Part shown: piece by piece, positions 9,042-18,599 of the stretch
Position numbering within the stretch: the first letter of the stretch is position 1
Layout of the letters: each line of letters starts with the position of its first letter
Source: Saprospira grandis str. Lewin
GTDB lineage: Bacteria > Bacteroidota > Bacteroidia > Chitinophagales > Saprospiraceae
DNA: 64,000 bases
Direction: 5' to 3'
Assembly: GCF_000250635.1 (NCBI RefSeq)
Contig: NC_016940.1
Location: forward strand, 1,352,995 to 1,416,994
The notes under the pieces: model-generated
The model's input: the letters and a program-made list of their open reading frames with translations, nothing else
Databases searched by the model: none
What the model was told of the DNA's origin: nothing
Program-made: the position numbers and the translations under genes

Positions 9042-12000
9042 TTAATTTTTCTCCAGTTTTTGGAGATAAGCGACCACCTCCATGGCCATATTGTCTAGTT
9101 CGGGCTGTTGGGCCTCTACGGCATTGCGCTCTTCTAGCCAAGCAAAGTATTTCTCCTCAAAAGCCTTCATCTCGTTAATGTCCAAATAATAGAAGTTGAT
9201 ATTGATATGCGCCGGAGCATTGATGCTAAAGACCGCATGCATAAGATCCTGGAAATCTTCATTTTGGAAACGAGAGGGCCAAGAGGGCAAAATGATACTC
9301 ATATCCAGAGAGTAGAAGTCATGGCGAACGTCTAGATTGGGGCGTTCCTCCAAAAAGAACTGAATATTGCTTTGCAAAGGAATAGCTCCTGATTTAAAGC
9401 TATACACATAGGCCACAATATCATCGATTTGTTCTTCGGCTCCTTCTCGGGTATAAAAGATTTCTGGACAGCGGGCAATCTTACGATCATACTCCTGCAA
9501 CACCACCTGATAGCTTTCGCCATCCTCTAGGGTTTCAATAATGAAGTTGTCCTTTTTGCTGGCCAACAAATCTAGTTGGTTACTGAGGTTGCGTTGCTCT
9601 TCAAAAGCGCCAAACTCATAGCTTTCTAGCAAGGGACGATCTTGGTCATTCACTAGACGGAAAGCGTGGCGGTCTTGGGCCTGCGGACGAAGCAAAATAT
9701 GCTCTACCACATGCATTCCCTCCGTTTGGTGGTTAATGCGGGCAAAAAACTTAATCAGCTTTTCCAACTCTACCTGAGCCGCCAAAATACTGCTATATTC
9801 TCTAATTTTCACGCAGCCCAAATCGGGATTCCCCTTATAGTAAACACTATACATTTCCTCCCCATCGCGCTCTTCCAAAAGGGCCAAATAGTTATAGCTA
9901 AATATACCATTGGCCAAAAGGTCTTGCATGAGCTCGTCCAAATCCTGCCCTCTAAAGATAAACTTAGAGCGGTAGTCTAGGGTTTCTGGCAAACGCTCAG
10001 GAGCGGGACCAGGATCTTCTCCCTTCTCAATTTTCTCCAAACGCTCTAGCTCTACATCTAAATCTATGTAGCCCTCAGGCAACATAGGCGACTCTAGCTG
10101 AATGAGGTCGTGAAAATTATCCACTCCTTCTATATGCGCATCTTCATTAAAGATGCGGACCAAAGATTCATTGCCTCCCTGATTGAGGTTAAGCAACAAA
10201 CAAACCCGACGTTCTAGACCTGCAACCTCCGTTTCTAAAAGCTCCAACATCTTTTTGGTAAACTTGAGGTTGGTTTCTGCTATCGCTTCAGTCAAGGTTT
10301 CAGGCAAATCGAGATCTTTGAGCATTTTTTTCGTCTGCTCCTTGGCCACATCCTCTGGTTTGCGATAGTTAATCGCCATAGAAAAAGCATCTCTCTGATG
10401 CTGACGAAGGCTGTAGTTTTCCCGCAATTGCTTGTACTGCTGGCGAATCAAATCTCTTTCTGCCTCTTCTTTATATTGCTTAATGAGCGGCTCAAATAGC
10501 TCAGCCCATTCTAGCTCTTGCTCATAAATGACATTATAAAGGGCCATGTAGTTGAATCCACGGCTACGGTTTCGACTAATGTCTACATAGTTGCGCAAAA
10601 ACTCCAATTTGGCATTGACTAGCTCATGCTCTGGACTCTTGGCCTCCCCTTCCGACATATCATAGCCCACATACTGGCTTACTTTCAATAAAAAGTCGGT
10701 GGTAAAACGCTCGCCAAAACGAGCCAGCAAATGGTCCAGTAAACGGTTGCGACGCTCCACAAAAGGATCAAATTCCTCTACCGTTTCTTCTAGCTTCTTT
10801 AACCTCGCCTCATTGTCTTTCCCCTTCAAGATGTATTGCATCTCAGGCATGTTCTCTGGCAACTGAGAGAAATAACTGCGGTCCAAATCGCTATCCAATG
10901 AAAAGAATTTCTTCACATTACCCAATTGGGCCAAGTAGTTGGCCATCAGCTGCTCAAAAAAGGATAGATACCCTCTGAGCTGCTTAATCATGCCCAAACG
11001 CTCCCGAGTAGGACGCACACTATTGGGCAAACCAAATGGACTCAAACCATAGGTGGCCGGAAAAGTATTTTGTACCGAGTAGTAACGCTTAATATCATCT
11101 TCCTTCAATACCGAAGGATAATCCTTCTCATTATAGAGCATCTTCATCTGATAGCCCTTCTTGTACCGAGCATAAAGCGAGTACAACAACTGACTGGCCG
11201 TGTTGAGGTCCAAATCATAGTTCAAACTCCCCCGCTGAAAACGAATCGGATAAGCATCGGTTTTCCAACGCGCATCAATAGTGTCCATATCCAAAACAGG
11301 ATAGGTCTTTTCCGCAATCCGAATCACATCTCCCTCTACGGGAAAACCATCTTTTTCTACCCGAAAATAATTGATGCGGCGAACGCCCTCAATATCCGAG
11401 ATGATTTCAATAATCTTAGAAATATAAACCTCCCGCTTCATCGCTCTGAGGTCCTCTTTCTTAATGATGCCATGCACCGGCACTGGCCCATCAAAAATCT
11501 CCTCAATGGCATAGCCCTCTTCCAAAAGTTCATCTATGGTGTGGTACTGAATAGATGGCGTGAGATGCTCCTCCAACTTGAAGAGAATTTCAGCCAATAC
11601 TTCCTCGGCCACCACATCAGAACTAATGTCCAAATCGGTATAAATAATAATCTTATCTACATCCAATACCTCAATGGCCTCCAAATCCTCGCAAAGGTTG
11701 CGATGCGCAGCAAATAAAGCATAGACCTCTCGCTTAATCTCTTGCAAACGCTGCGGCTGACGAGCACTATCACTCACCTGCAACAAAATTCGATACAAGC
11801 CCTTAATGCCTTGCAAATGATCCCGCACAGGCTCCACCCAGGCATTCTTCACCCCATTCACCCGATCAATAATCAAGCGGCGATAATCCTCTATGGTTAC
11901 CGGATTCGTCGGTAAAATCTCCGAAGCATCATAAAAGGTGTTGTTCAAAGCCTGCCGACGGCCCTTCCCTCTAGCATTCAATAAATCCTGAATGCTAAAA

Positions 12001-12212
12001 TCCGTGCGAAAGCCCAAATCGGCCAAAGCATAACAAAGTTGCTCCAAAATCGTCACCCCAGGATCATGGGTGTTGTAATCGGTCCAAACTTTACCCGATA
12101 GTTCTTGCACCATCTGCAAGCCCTCTTCCTTCAAAAAGAAGAAGTCCATACTCTTGTGCGGCGGGGTTTCGCGGAAAATCTGAATTGGTTTCTGCGCCAT
12201 AGGTCTTATCAA
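9042..12212 (-). CDS. large hypothetical cytoplasmic protein (1056 aa, acidic, no signal peptide), family not recognised
   Basis: Long uninterrupted ORF with a conserved-looking N-terminal WTDYNTHDPGVTILEQLCYALADLGFR motif. Followed by a clean terminator. Confidence 0.7.
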   Translation of the reverse strand: MIRPMAQKPIQIFRETPPHKSMDFFFLKEEGLQMVQELSGKVWTDYNTHDPGVTILEQLCYALADLGFRTDFSIQDLLNARGKGRRQALNNTFYDASEILPTNPVTIEDYRRLIIDRVNGVKNAWVEPVRDHLQGIKGLYRILLQVSDSARQPQRLQEIKREVYALFAAHRNLCEDLEAIEVLDVDKIIIYTDLDISSDVVAEEVLAEILFKLEEHLTPSIQYHTIDELLEEGYAIEEIFDGPVPVHGIIKKEDLRAMKREVYISKIIEIISDIEGVRRINYFRVEKDGFPVEGDVIRIAEKTYPVLDMDTIDARWKTDAYPIRFQRGSLNYDLDLNTASQLLYSLYARYKKGYQMKMLYNEKDYPSVLKEDDIKRYYSVQNTFPATYGLSPFGLPNSVRPTRERLGMIKQLRGYLSFFEQLMANYLAQLGNVKKFFSLDSDLDRSYFSQLPENMPEMQYILKGKDNEARLKKLEETVEEFDPFVERRNRLLDHLLARFGERFTTDFLLKVSQYVGYDMSEGEAKSPEHELVNAKLEFLRNYVDISRNRSRGFNYMALYNVIYEQELEWAELFEPLIKQYKEEAERDLIRQQYKQLRENYSLRQHQRDAFSMAINYRKPEDVAKEQTKKMLKDLDLPETLTEAIAETNLKFTKKMLELLETEVAGLERRVCLLLNLNQGGNESLVRIFNEDAHIEGVDNFHDLIQLESPMLPEGYIDLDVELERLEKIEKGEDPGPAPERLPETLDYRSKFIFRGQDLDELMQDLLANGIFSYNYLALLEERDGEEMYSVYYKGNPDLGCVKIREYSSILAAQVELEKLIKFFARINHQTEGMHVVEHILLRPQAQDRHAFRLVNDQDRPLLESYEFGAFEEQRNLSNQLDLLASKKDNFIIETLEDGESYQVVLQEYDRKIARCPEIFYTREGAEEQIDDIVAYVYSFKSGAIPLQSNIQFFLEERPNLDVRHDFYSLDMSIILPSWPSRFQNEDFQDLMHAVFSINAPAHININFYYLDINEMKAFEEKYFAWLEERNAVEAQQPELDNMAMEVVAYLQKLEKN

Positions 12213-12282
12213 TCTAAATAGGGCTCTGCCCTTGGGGTTCTGTTCCGTTCTAAAATATCTTGCGGTAGTGTGTGCTTGTCTC

Positions 12283-12465
12283 CTATTTGTCTAGTTGCTG
12301 CGGGGGGCTCTCTGCATGCATTTGGGCATTGGCCTGCTCATGAATCTTTCCAATCAACTCATATACTTCATTAAATGGCCGCTGGCCCAAGGCCTGCAAA
12401 ATCTTATTGATTTCTTGCATGTCTAGCTGCAATAGCAGGGGTTTCTCTTCTTTTGTCTTGCCCAT
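12283..12465 (-). CDS. small hypothetical protein (60 aa) immediately upstream of the 1056-aa gene
   Basis: ATG at 12463-12465 gives MGKTKEEKPLLLQLDMQEINKILQALGQRPF. The longer listed start would run into a repeat copy. Weak call. Confidence 0.3.
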   Translation of the reverse strand: MGKTKEEKPLLLQLDMQEINKILQALGQRPFNEVYELIGKIHEQANAQMHAESPPQQLDK

Positions 12466-12570
12466 CAGTCTCTTTTTTTGTAAAAGCCTAGCGAATTTAA
12501 GAAAAAAAGCGCTTTGTGCCAATTTATACAAATTTGATTACAGATGTAGGGATTCTTTTCACCTTTTTAT

Positions 12571-12730
12571 TTTTTTGGGGCTGCCCCGCCTTGCAGGCGG
12601 GTCGGGCTGTCTCAGGGCTCGCAGGCCTGCTCGGCCCTTCGCTTTTTTCGCTACGCTCAAAAAGCTCGGTCTGGCCCTGCGGGCCACCCTTGCCCATCCC
12701 TCAGCCATTAAAGGCTGGCTGCGCCAGCCC
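12571..12730 (+). repeat. GC-rich interspersed element, degenerate A1 copy
   Basis: TTTTTTGGGGCTGCCCCGCC…GGGCTCGCAGGCCTGCTCGGCCC…CCATCCCTCAGCC. Confidence 0.75.
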
Positions 12731-12796
12731 CCGCCCAAACAAAAAAAAGCCGCAGTTGAATACTCAACTGCGGCTTTTCGCGCTTATCTACTCCGC

Positions 12797-14164
12797 TTAT
12801 TCTGCATTGTTGATCTCCATGGCCCATTTGTCCCGATCATCAGGAGAAAAGGCCCAAGGCGCTCCATTGTTTTCAATGGTGTTAAACATACCGTTCCACT
12901 CTTCCGGAGAATCAGATTGCTCCAAAATGAGGTTGCGACGCAACTCTACAATAATATCTAAGGGGTTAATCAAAACCGGACAAGCTTCTACACAAGCATT
13001 ACATGAGGTACATGCCCGCAGCTCTTCTGTACTGATGTAGTCAAAAAGAGTTTTGCCATCATCGTAGTTCTCTGCCGTCAATTTAGAGGTTTCCGATTTC
13101 TGCTCCTCATTGATGAACTCGGTCTTGTTGAGGTCCAAATTATGCCCTACCTCATCTGCACGGTCCCGAACATCCATCATGATTTTACGTGGCGATAATT
13201 TCTTGCCCGTCAAGTTCGCCGGACACATAGAGGTGCATCGACCACATTCCGTACAAGTATAGGCACTCATGATCTGCTGACGCTTGAGGTCAAAGACATC
13301 ACTTACGCCAAATTTAGGAATCTCCTCCGATACTGGCGCATCAAAGGCAGCATTGGGGTCCATCATAGAAGCTACTTCTTCTTGTACTTCTTTCATGTTG
13401 GCCATCTCCCCCTTTTTGTTCAATCTGGCCCAAAAGGTATTGGGAAAGGCAAAGATGATGTGCAAATGCTTAGAATAAGGTAGGTAACCCAAAAAGACAA
13501 AGACCATCAAGATGTGGCCCCACCAACCAATGCGCTCCAAAATATGTAGGGTCTCATTGCTTACGCCCTCCCAAAGCGGAGAAATCAAACTACTGATCAA
13601 AAAGCCATATTCGTTGTGATGAATGGCCATATCGGTACTGTTCATCAAAAAGATGCAGAAGACCAAGATAATCTCGGCAAAGAGAATGAGGTTTGCATCC
13701 AATTTTGGCCAACCATTCATCTCCGACTTAACAAAACGAGGCAGCTTGAGCAAGTTACGTCTAGACAAAAAGGCAAAGGTAGCCACCAAAGCCATGACCG
13801 ACAAGACCTCAATGAAGCTCACGAGGAAGGTATAAAAGCCGCGAAGAAAGTCGCTGCCTTCCCACCAAGACCAAAATAAACGGTGCTGCCCCGTCAAGCC
13901 ATCAATGACAATCTCAATGAGCTCGATTTGCGTAACTAAGAAGGCTACATATACACAAAGGTGTAAGAAGGCCGCCAAGGGCCGCTTAAACATTTTTTGC
14001 TGGCCCAAGGCTACCATAATGGTATTGCGCCAACGCTCTGGACTAGGCTTGGCTTCCTCATCTACTTTACCCAGCTGTATGTTGCGAATCACAAAGCTGT
14101 ATTTTTTGTAGGAAAAGGCCGCCGTCCCTAGCAATACTAAGGCAAAAAGGATAGGTCCTATCAT
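12797..14164 (-). CDS. membrane-anchored (Fe-S)-binding protein (two CxxCxxCxxxCP 4Fe-4S motifs after an N-terminal multi-TM region)
   Basis: CTECGRCTSMCP and CTSCNACVEACP motifs. Hydrophobic N-terminal half. Resembles GlpC/HdrD/LutA-type membrane Fe-S subunits, but no CCG domain is seen. Confidence 0.6.
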   Translation of the reverse strand: MIGPILFALVLLGTAAFSYKKYSFVIRNIQLGKVDEEAKPSPERWRNTIMVALGQQKMFKRPLAAFLHLCVYVAFLVTQIELIEIVIDGLTGQHRLFWSWWEGSDFLRGFYTFLVSFIEVLSVMALVATFAFLSRRNLLKLPRFVKSEMNGWPKLDANLILFAEIILVFCIFLMNSTDMAIHHNEYGFLISSLISPLWEGVSNETLHILERIGWWGHILMVFVFLGYLPYSKHLHIIFAFPNTFWARLNKKGEMANMKEVQEEVASMMDPNAAFDAPVSEEIPKFGVSDVFDLKRQQIMSAYTCTECGRCTSMCPANLTGKKLSPRKIMMDVRDRADEVGHNLDLNKTEFINEEQKSETSKLTAENYDDGKTLFDYISTEELRACTSCNACVEACPVLINPLDIIVELRRNLILEQSDSPEEWNGMFNTIENNGAPWAFSPDDRDKWAMEINNAE

Positions 14165-14385
14165 GTTAAACTATTATTTTAATTGATTAATGGTGTCAGT
14201 GATTTATAGACAATAACTAAAGTCAAATCTTGACTCTAGGCAGTCTAGTCCAAAGACAAAATTAAATTTTTTATGCTAATTTTATAATTCCCCTCTCAGA
14301 ACTTTCTTCCGATTTGCTTATTTCTCCCCTGCCATTTGGGCCCAAAGCGCCCTTTCTCCCCCCCTTTTGGCCCAGCAGTATTGGC

Positions 14386-14517
14386 CCAGCGCTGCGAAGG
14401 GGTGGCCGCAAGGCCAGACCCAGGCGCTGAAAGCGCCGCAGGGCCGAGCAGACCTGCGAGCCCCGAAGCATAGCGGCGGCCGACCTAGGCGAAGCCTAGC
14501 CGGCCGCGGGCCCCAAA
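14386..14517 (-). repeat. GC-rich interspersed element, A2-like
   Basis: GGCCAGACCCAGGCG…GCAGGGCCGAGCAGACCTGCGAGCCCC…GGGCCCCAAAA. Ends 12 nt before the S8 peptidase ATG. Confidence 0.8.
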
Positions 14518-14528
14518 ATCATCTAATT

Positions 14529-16715
14529 ATGAAAGCGATTTATTTCCTTATTTTTCTGCTGCCTAGCGGCCTCTACGCTCAAAATACGAAGCTGAATATC
14601 GACCTTTTTCGCCTTTGGCAAGAGGGCGGAACGCAAAGCGTGGAGCTGATCGTTCAGGGCGAACCGCAAGCAATAAAAAAACTGGCCCAACAAACCGATA
14701 GCCAGTATAAATATGGCCTAAATGATTTGGCCGCCCTCTCTATTCCCTTGCAAAAGCTGCCCATTTGGTGGGAACATCCCGCTATTCAGGGCCTGCAAGC
14801 CCAGCGCCTTAGCCCCCAATATTTTTTTGAACAAGATAGCCTGATGCTGGCCAATAATAACGCCCGAGCCGCTCATGAAGGCTGGGGTTTGCCCCAATCT
14901 TTTGAGGGCGAAGGCGTGCTTGTCGGCATTATTGATGACGGCTACGAATGGCAACATCCCGATTTCTGGCAGCCCAATGATAGCAGTAGCCGATTTCTCA
15001 GCATCTGGGACCAAGACTATTTTTCGCCCAACTTTTTTATGGGCCAATATGGCTATGGCAGCTATTGGAATAAAGCCCAAATTGATTCGGGCCTGATCGC
15101 TCAGCCCCCAGGCGAACATGGCTCGCATGTGCTCGGTACCGCCGCCGGAAATGGTCTGGCCGCCCAAAAATATAAGGGCATTGCCCCCAAAGCCGAGCTG
15201 TTGGCCGTGGCCCTGAGCGAAGATGGACAGTTTTTGCCCCGCTTTGTGGATGCCGTCCACCATATTTTTCAAGAAGCTAAGCGATTGGGAAAAGCCTGCG
15301 CCATTAACTCTAGTGTAGGAGCCTATTATGGCTCGCATGATGGCCAAGACTTGTATACCGCTATGATTGAAGCGATGCTAGAGGAGGAAAACGGCCGAGC
15401 ATTGATTCAAGCAGGCGGCAATGCGCGGCAGGCAAAAATGCACTGGCAAAAGGCCCAAGCAGATAGCGGCTGTCTGGCCTTTTTGCCCCTCAATGGCCAA
15501 CTATTTCGCAGCTCGGCCTTTATTGATACAAGTGACTGGGCCCAATTGCATTGGCAATTTGAGCTCAAGGGGAGTCAGGGACAAACATTGGTCCTTAGTC
15601 GCCCATTTTCGCCTGCCGACCTGCCGCCGCATAGCCCCCTGCCCGCCCAAAGAATAGATACTATATATATAGGTTCACAAGGGCCCCTGATTTTAGTACA
15701 ATATTTAGCCGAATGGCAGGGCTGCCTAGAGTGGTCCTTTCAGCTACAGGGAAACAATTTGCAAAATCAACAGCTTTTTTTGCATTGGAGCGGAGCAGGC
15801 AAGGTAGATATTTGGAGCCATGAGCGCAATATGGGCCTTTCTGATATTGTTCTGCAGGCCAATGTCCCTCATTATATTGCGCCCGACAACCAACAAACCC
15901 TAGCCGCTTATTGGACCTGCTCGCCCAAGGTCATCACGGTGGCGGCCTACCAAAACCGAAACCAACTGCATAATTATGCTGGCGATACGGTGTCTTTGGC
16001 CTATGCGGGCTTTCCGATCTTTGGCATTGCCGATTTTTCTAGCCTCGGCCCTAGTCGAACCGGTCTGCAAAAGCCCGATTTAACAGCCCCTGGGGGGCAG
16101 GTCCTTTCGGCAGGCAGCCTGGCCGCCCTGCAAAACGCCAGAGCCAACAACTCCCCTTATTTGGACCAAGGCGGCTGGCATGTTTCGGCCAAAGGGACCT
16201 CTATGGCGGCGCCTATGGTTACGGGGGCCGCGGCCCTCTATTTTCAATGCCAACCCCAGGCCAATTGGGCCGAGCTCAAGGCCGCCCTGCTACAATCGGC
16301 CCGCAAAGATGCTTGGGTATATAGCGCTGGCGCTCCGCCCAATATAGACTGGGGAGCGGGCAAACTAGATGTGCAGGCGCTTTTGCAAAACTGCCTAAAG
16401 CCCGGCTGTCTAGACAGCAACGCCCTCAACTTTATGCCCAACGCTTGGGTAGAAGATGGCTCTTGCTACTACCCGAGTTCCACAGATTACTTGGGCGAGC
16501 AAGGGCCAAAGCTCTGGCCCAATCCCTTTAATGGCCAACTGCAAATAGAATTGCCCCAGGCGGGCCAGCTTTGCTTTTATAATGTGTTGGGCCAAGAAGT
16601 GGCTCGCTATATTTTGCCTGCTGGCCCAAAAACAATTCCTACCGAAGATTGGCCCAAGGGCAGTTACTTCTGGAAATGGGAAAATGGACAGAGCGGAAAG
16701 CTCATTAAGCAATAA
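14529..16715 (+). CDS. subtilisin-like S8 serine peptidase with T9SS C-terminal sorting domain
   Basis: Signal peptide MKAIYFLIFLLPSGLYAQ. Catalytic D (GIIDDG), H (GEHGSHV) and S (GTSMAAPMVTGAAAL) motifs. C-terminal LWPNPFNGQLQIELP…YNVLGQEV domain. Confidence 0.85.
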   Translation: MKAIYFLIFLLPSGLYAQNTKLNIDLFRLWQEGGTQSVELIVQGEPQAIKKLAQQTDSQYKYGLNDLAALSIPLQKLPIWWEHPAIQGLQAQRLSPQYFFEQDSLMLANNNARAAHEGWGLPQSFEGEGVLVGIIDDGYEWQHPDFWQPNDSSSRFLSIWDQDYFSPNFFMGQYGYGSYWNKAQIDSGLIAQPPGEHGSHVLGTAAGNGLAAQKYKGIAPKAELLAVALSEDGQFLPRFVDAVHHIFQEAKRLGKACAINSSVGAYYGSHDGQDLYTAMIEAMLEEENGRALIQAGGNARQAKMHWQKAQADSGCLAFLPLNGQLFRSSAFIDTSDWAQLHWQFELKGSQGQTLVLSRPFSPADLPPHSPLPAQRIDTIYIGSQGPLILVQYLAEWQGCLEWSFQLQGNNLQNQQLFLHWSGAGKVDIWSHERNMGLSDIVLQANVPHYIAPDNQQTLAAYWTCSPKVITVAAYQNRNQLHNYAGDTVSLAYAGFPIFGIADFSSLGPSRTGLQKPDLTAPGGQVLSAGSLAALQNARANNSPYLDQGGWHVSAKGTSMAAPMVTGAAALYFQCQPQANWAELKAALLQSARKDAWVYSAGAPPNIDWGAGKLDVQALLQNCLKPGCLDSNALNFMPNAWVEDGSCYYPSSTDYLGEQGPKLWPNPFNGQLQIELPQAGQLCFYNVLGQEVARYILPAGPKTIPTEDWPKGSYFWKWENGQSGKLIKQ

Positions 16716-16725
16716 ACAACCCTCA

Positions 16726-16760
16726 AAAAGGGGCAGAACTTAGGTTTTGCCCCTTTTTTT
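16726..16760 (+). terminator. rho-independent terminator of the S8 peptidase gene
   Basis: AAAGGGGCA…TGCCCCTTT hairpin followed by T7. Confidence 0.7.
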
Positions 16761-16882
16761 AGGCCCTAAAATCAATAAACCCCTAAATTTCGCCGCTAAG
16801 CGAGCCTAGCTAATCTCTAGTAGGGTCAGTCCAGAAAAAAAAGACAGGACCTTAGTGATACGCCCAGAGGAGTTTGTAAACT

Positions 16883-17169
16883 GCAAATTAGCTCTGGGCA
16901 TCGTTCAGAGCTGTTTTGCAAATGCAAATTAGCTCCGGGCATCGTTCAGAGGCGTTTTGCAAATGCAAATTAGCTCCGGGCATCGTTCAGAGCTGTTTTG
17001 CAAATGCAAATTAGCTCCGGGCATCGTTCAGAGCTGTTTTGCAAATGCAAATTAGCTCTGGGCATCGTTCAGAGGCGTTTTGCAAATGCAAATTAGCTCT
17101 GGGCATCGTTCAGAGGCGTTTTGCAAATGCAAATTAGCTCCGGGCATCGTTCAGAGCTGTTTTGCAAAT
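16883..17169. repeat. tandem array, 41-bp unit x7 (GCAAATTAGCTCyGGGCATCGTTCAGAGsyGTTTTGCAAAT)
   Basis: Seven head-to-tail units with only two variable positions. The unit contains the TTTGCAAA palindrome and a GCAAAT direct dyad. Related 26-27 nt sequences flank it at 16866 and 17196. Confidence 0.9.
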
Positions 17170-17243
17170 GAAAATAAAGGCTAGCGCCAAGCCAGAGGCA
17201 TTTGTAAACTGCAGATAGGTCCCAAACTCTTGTTTAGGGGCAT

Positions 17244-17279
17244 AAAAAAGGCCGCAGTTCCTTTTTAGGAACTGCGGCC
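17244..17279 (-). terminator. rho-independent terminator of the racemase-like gene
   Basis: GGCCGCAGTTCC-TTTTTA-GGAACTGCGGCC, a 12-bp stem. A6 upstream on the + strand gives T6 on the minus strand. Confidence 0.75.
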
Positions 17280-17298
17280 AAGGCATTGGCCCAAGGAT

Positions 17299-18375
17299 TT
17301 AGGCGGGAGCCAAGCGTTTTTCAATATATTTAGAATTCATGATGCGGAGGATCGCCATATAATCGAGTTTAAACTCGATCAGGTCGCCAACGCCCAGTCC
17401 ATCCTCATTAGTTCCTAGGTCGATAACCACCATATCGGAGGAGGCACCCAGCATTTTCTGTTTGGGGTCGGCCAATTGCAGATGGGCTTCATCTACATCT
17501 AGCAGGCCGAGGTCGATAATGGCGCGGACCGCCGTTTTTTGTCGAAGTTCATCTTTAAAAGTCACGGCTTCGCCCTTAAGATTAAGGCCCATATTGCCAT
17601 CGGGCACCAGTGGTTTTTCGTTCAGCTCGATGATTTGAGCATAAAGCTTAAAGACATCTTGGTGCATCCGTTCGTAGGTCCGATTATTATAGACATCGGT
17701 CCCTAAATAAAGGGTCTCTCCTACTCTAAAGTGATTGATTCCCGCAGGCAATAGGTTCTGAAAAATGAGGGGGATCGTCACAGAGGAGCCCCCAGACACC
17801 AGCGGAATTTCTCGGTTAAATTTGGCCTCTACCAGTTGTTCATAGAGGCAAAGTTGGATCAATTTATCTTGGCTGGGCAAAACGCCATACATACAAGTCA
17901 GGTTAGTTCCGATGCCCACCACTTGAATATTGGGCAATTTGAAGACCTGCTCATAAAAGTCCATAAATTCCTCTCGCATTACGCCTTCTCGCAGCTCGCC
18001 CATTTCGATCATAATGATCACTTTATGCAATTTATTTTGGCGGGCGGCCTCTTCGGAGAGCAGGCGGATGCTTTCGATCTCCGTATTAAAGGAGATATCG
18101 GCATATTGGACAATTTCGGGAATAATTTCTTGGGGGGGCGGCTTAATATAGATCGTCTCCACCTCTTCCGAGATAGATTTGATCATTTTGAGGTTACTCA
18201 GGCGGGAGTCGCAAAGTTGTTTGGCGCCTAATTTAATGAGTTCCTCTAGATAGAGGCGGTGGCCACAAAGCATTTTGGAGACCACGGCCCATTGGATATT
18301 TTTTTCTTGAAAAAGCTCGTCTAAGCGTTGGTAATTTTCGGCTAGTTTTTGACTATCTAAGGTGATAAATGCCAT
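17299..18375 (-). CDS. alanine-racemase-fold PLP enzyme (YhfX / amino-acid racemase-like)
   Basis: 358 aa. An N-terminal TIM-barrel-like region with a conserved K (VVSKMLCGH). Tentative family call. Confidence 0.45.
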   Translation of the reverse strand: MAFITLDSQKLAENYQRLDELFQEKNIQWAVVSKMLCGHRLYLEELIKLGAKQLCDSRLSNLKMIKSISEEVETIYIKPPPQEIIPEIVQYADISFNTEIESIRLLSEEAARQNKLHKVIIMIEMGELREGVMREEFMDFYEQVFKLPNIQVVGIGTNLTCMYGVLPSQDKLIQLCLYEQLVEAKFNREIPLVSGGSSVTIPLIFQNLLPAGINHFRVGETLYLGTDVYNNRTYERMHQDVFKLYAQIIELNEKPLVPDGNMGLNLKGEAVTFKDELRQKTAVRAIIDLGLLDVDEAHLQLADPKQKMLGASSDMVVIDLGTNEDGLGVGDLIEFKLDYMAILRIMNSKYIEKRLAPA

Positions 18376-18421
18376 TACAAATGGTTTACTGAAAAAATAG
18401 GTATGTATTTATCTAGGAGGG

Positions 18422-18585
18422 TTTTGGGGCTGCCCCTGCGGCCTTCGGCCTTGGGTCGGGCTGTGTCGCAGCTCGCAGGTCTGCTCGGCCCTGCGGCGGC
18501 TTTGCCGCCTGGGTCTGGCCTGCGGCCACTGCTATCCATCCCTCAGCCGCGTCGCTACGCTCCTTTGCGGCCCTTCGGGCCTGTA
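18422..18585 (+). repeat. GC-rich interspersed element, subfamily A1 (full-length reference copy)
   Basis: TTTTGGGGCTGCCCCTGCGGCCTTCGGCC…GCTCGCAGGTCTGCTCGGCCCTGCGGCGGCTTTGCCGCC…GGCCTGCGGCCACTGCTATCCATCCCTCAGCC…. It contains three GGCC-TTCG-GGCC-type mini-hairpins. Confidence 0.85.
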
Positions 18586-18599
18586 GGAGGCAGAGGGGT

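Noticed and set aside
16883-17169. CRISPR array hypothesis for the three tandem arrays (also 30253..30563 and 44580..45127)
   Set aside because: Units are contiguous with no unique spacers, periods are 21, 41 and 42 bp, and no cas genes are present.
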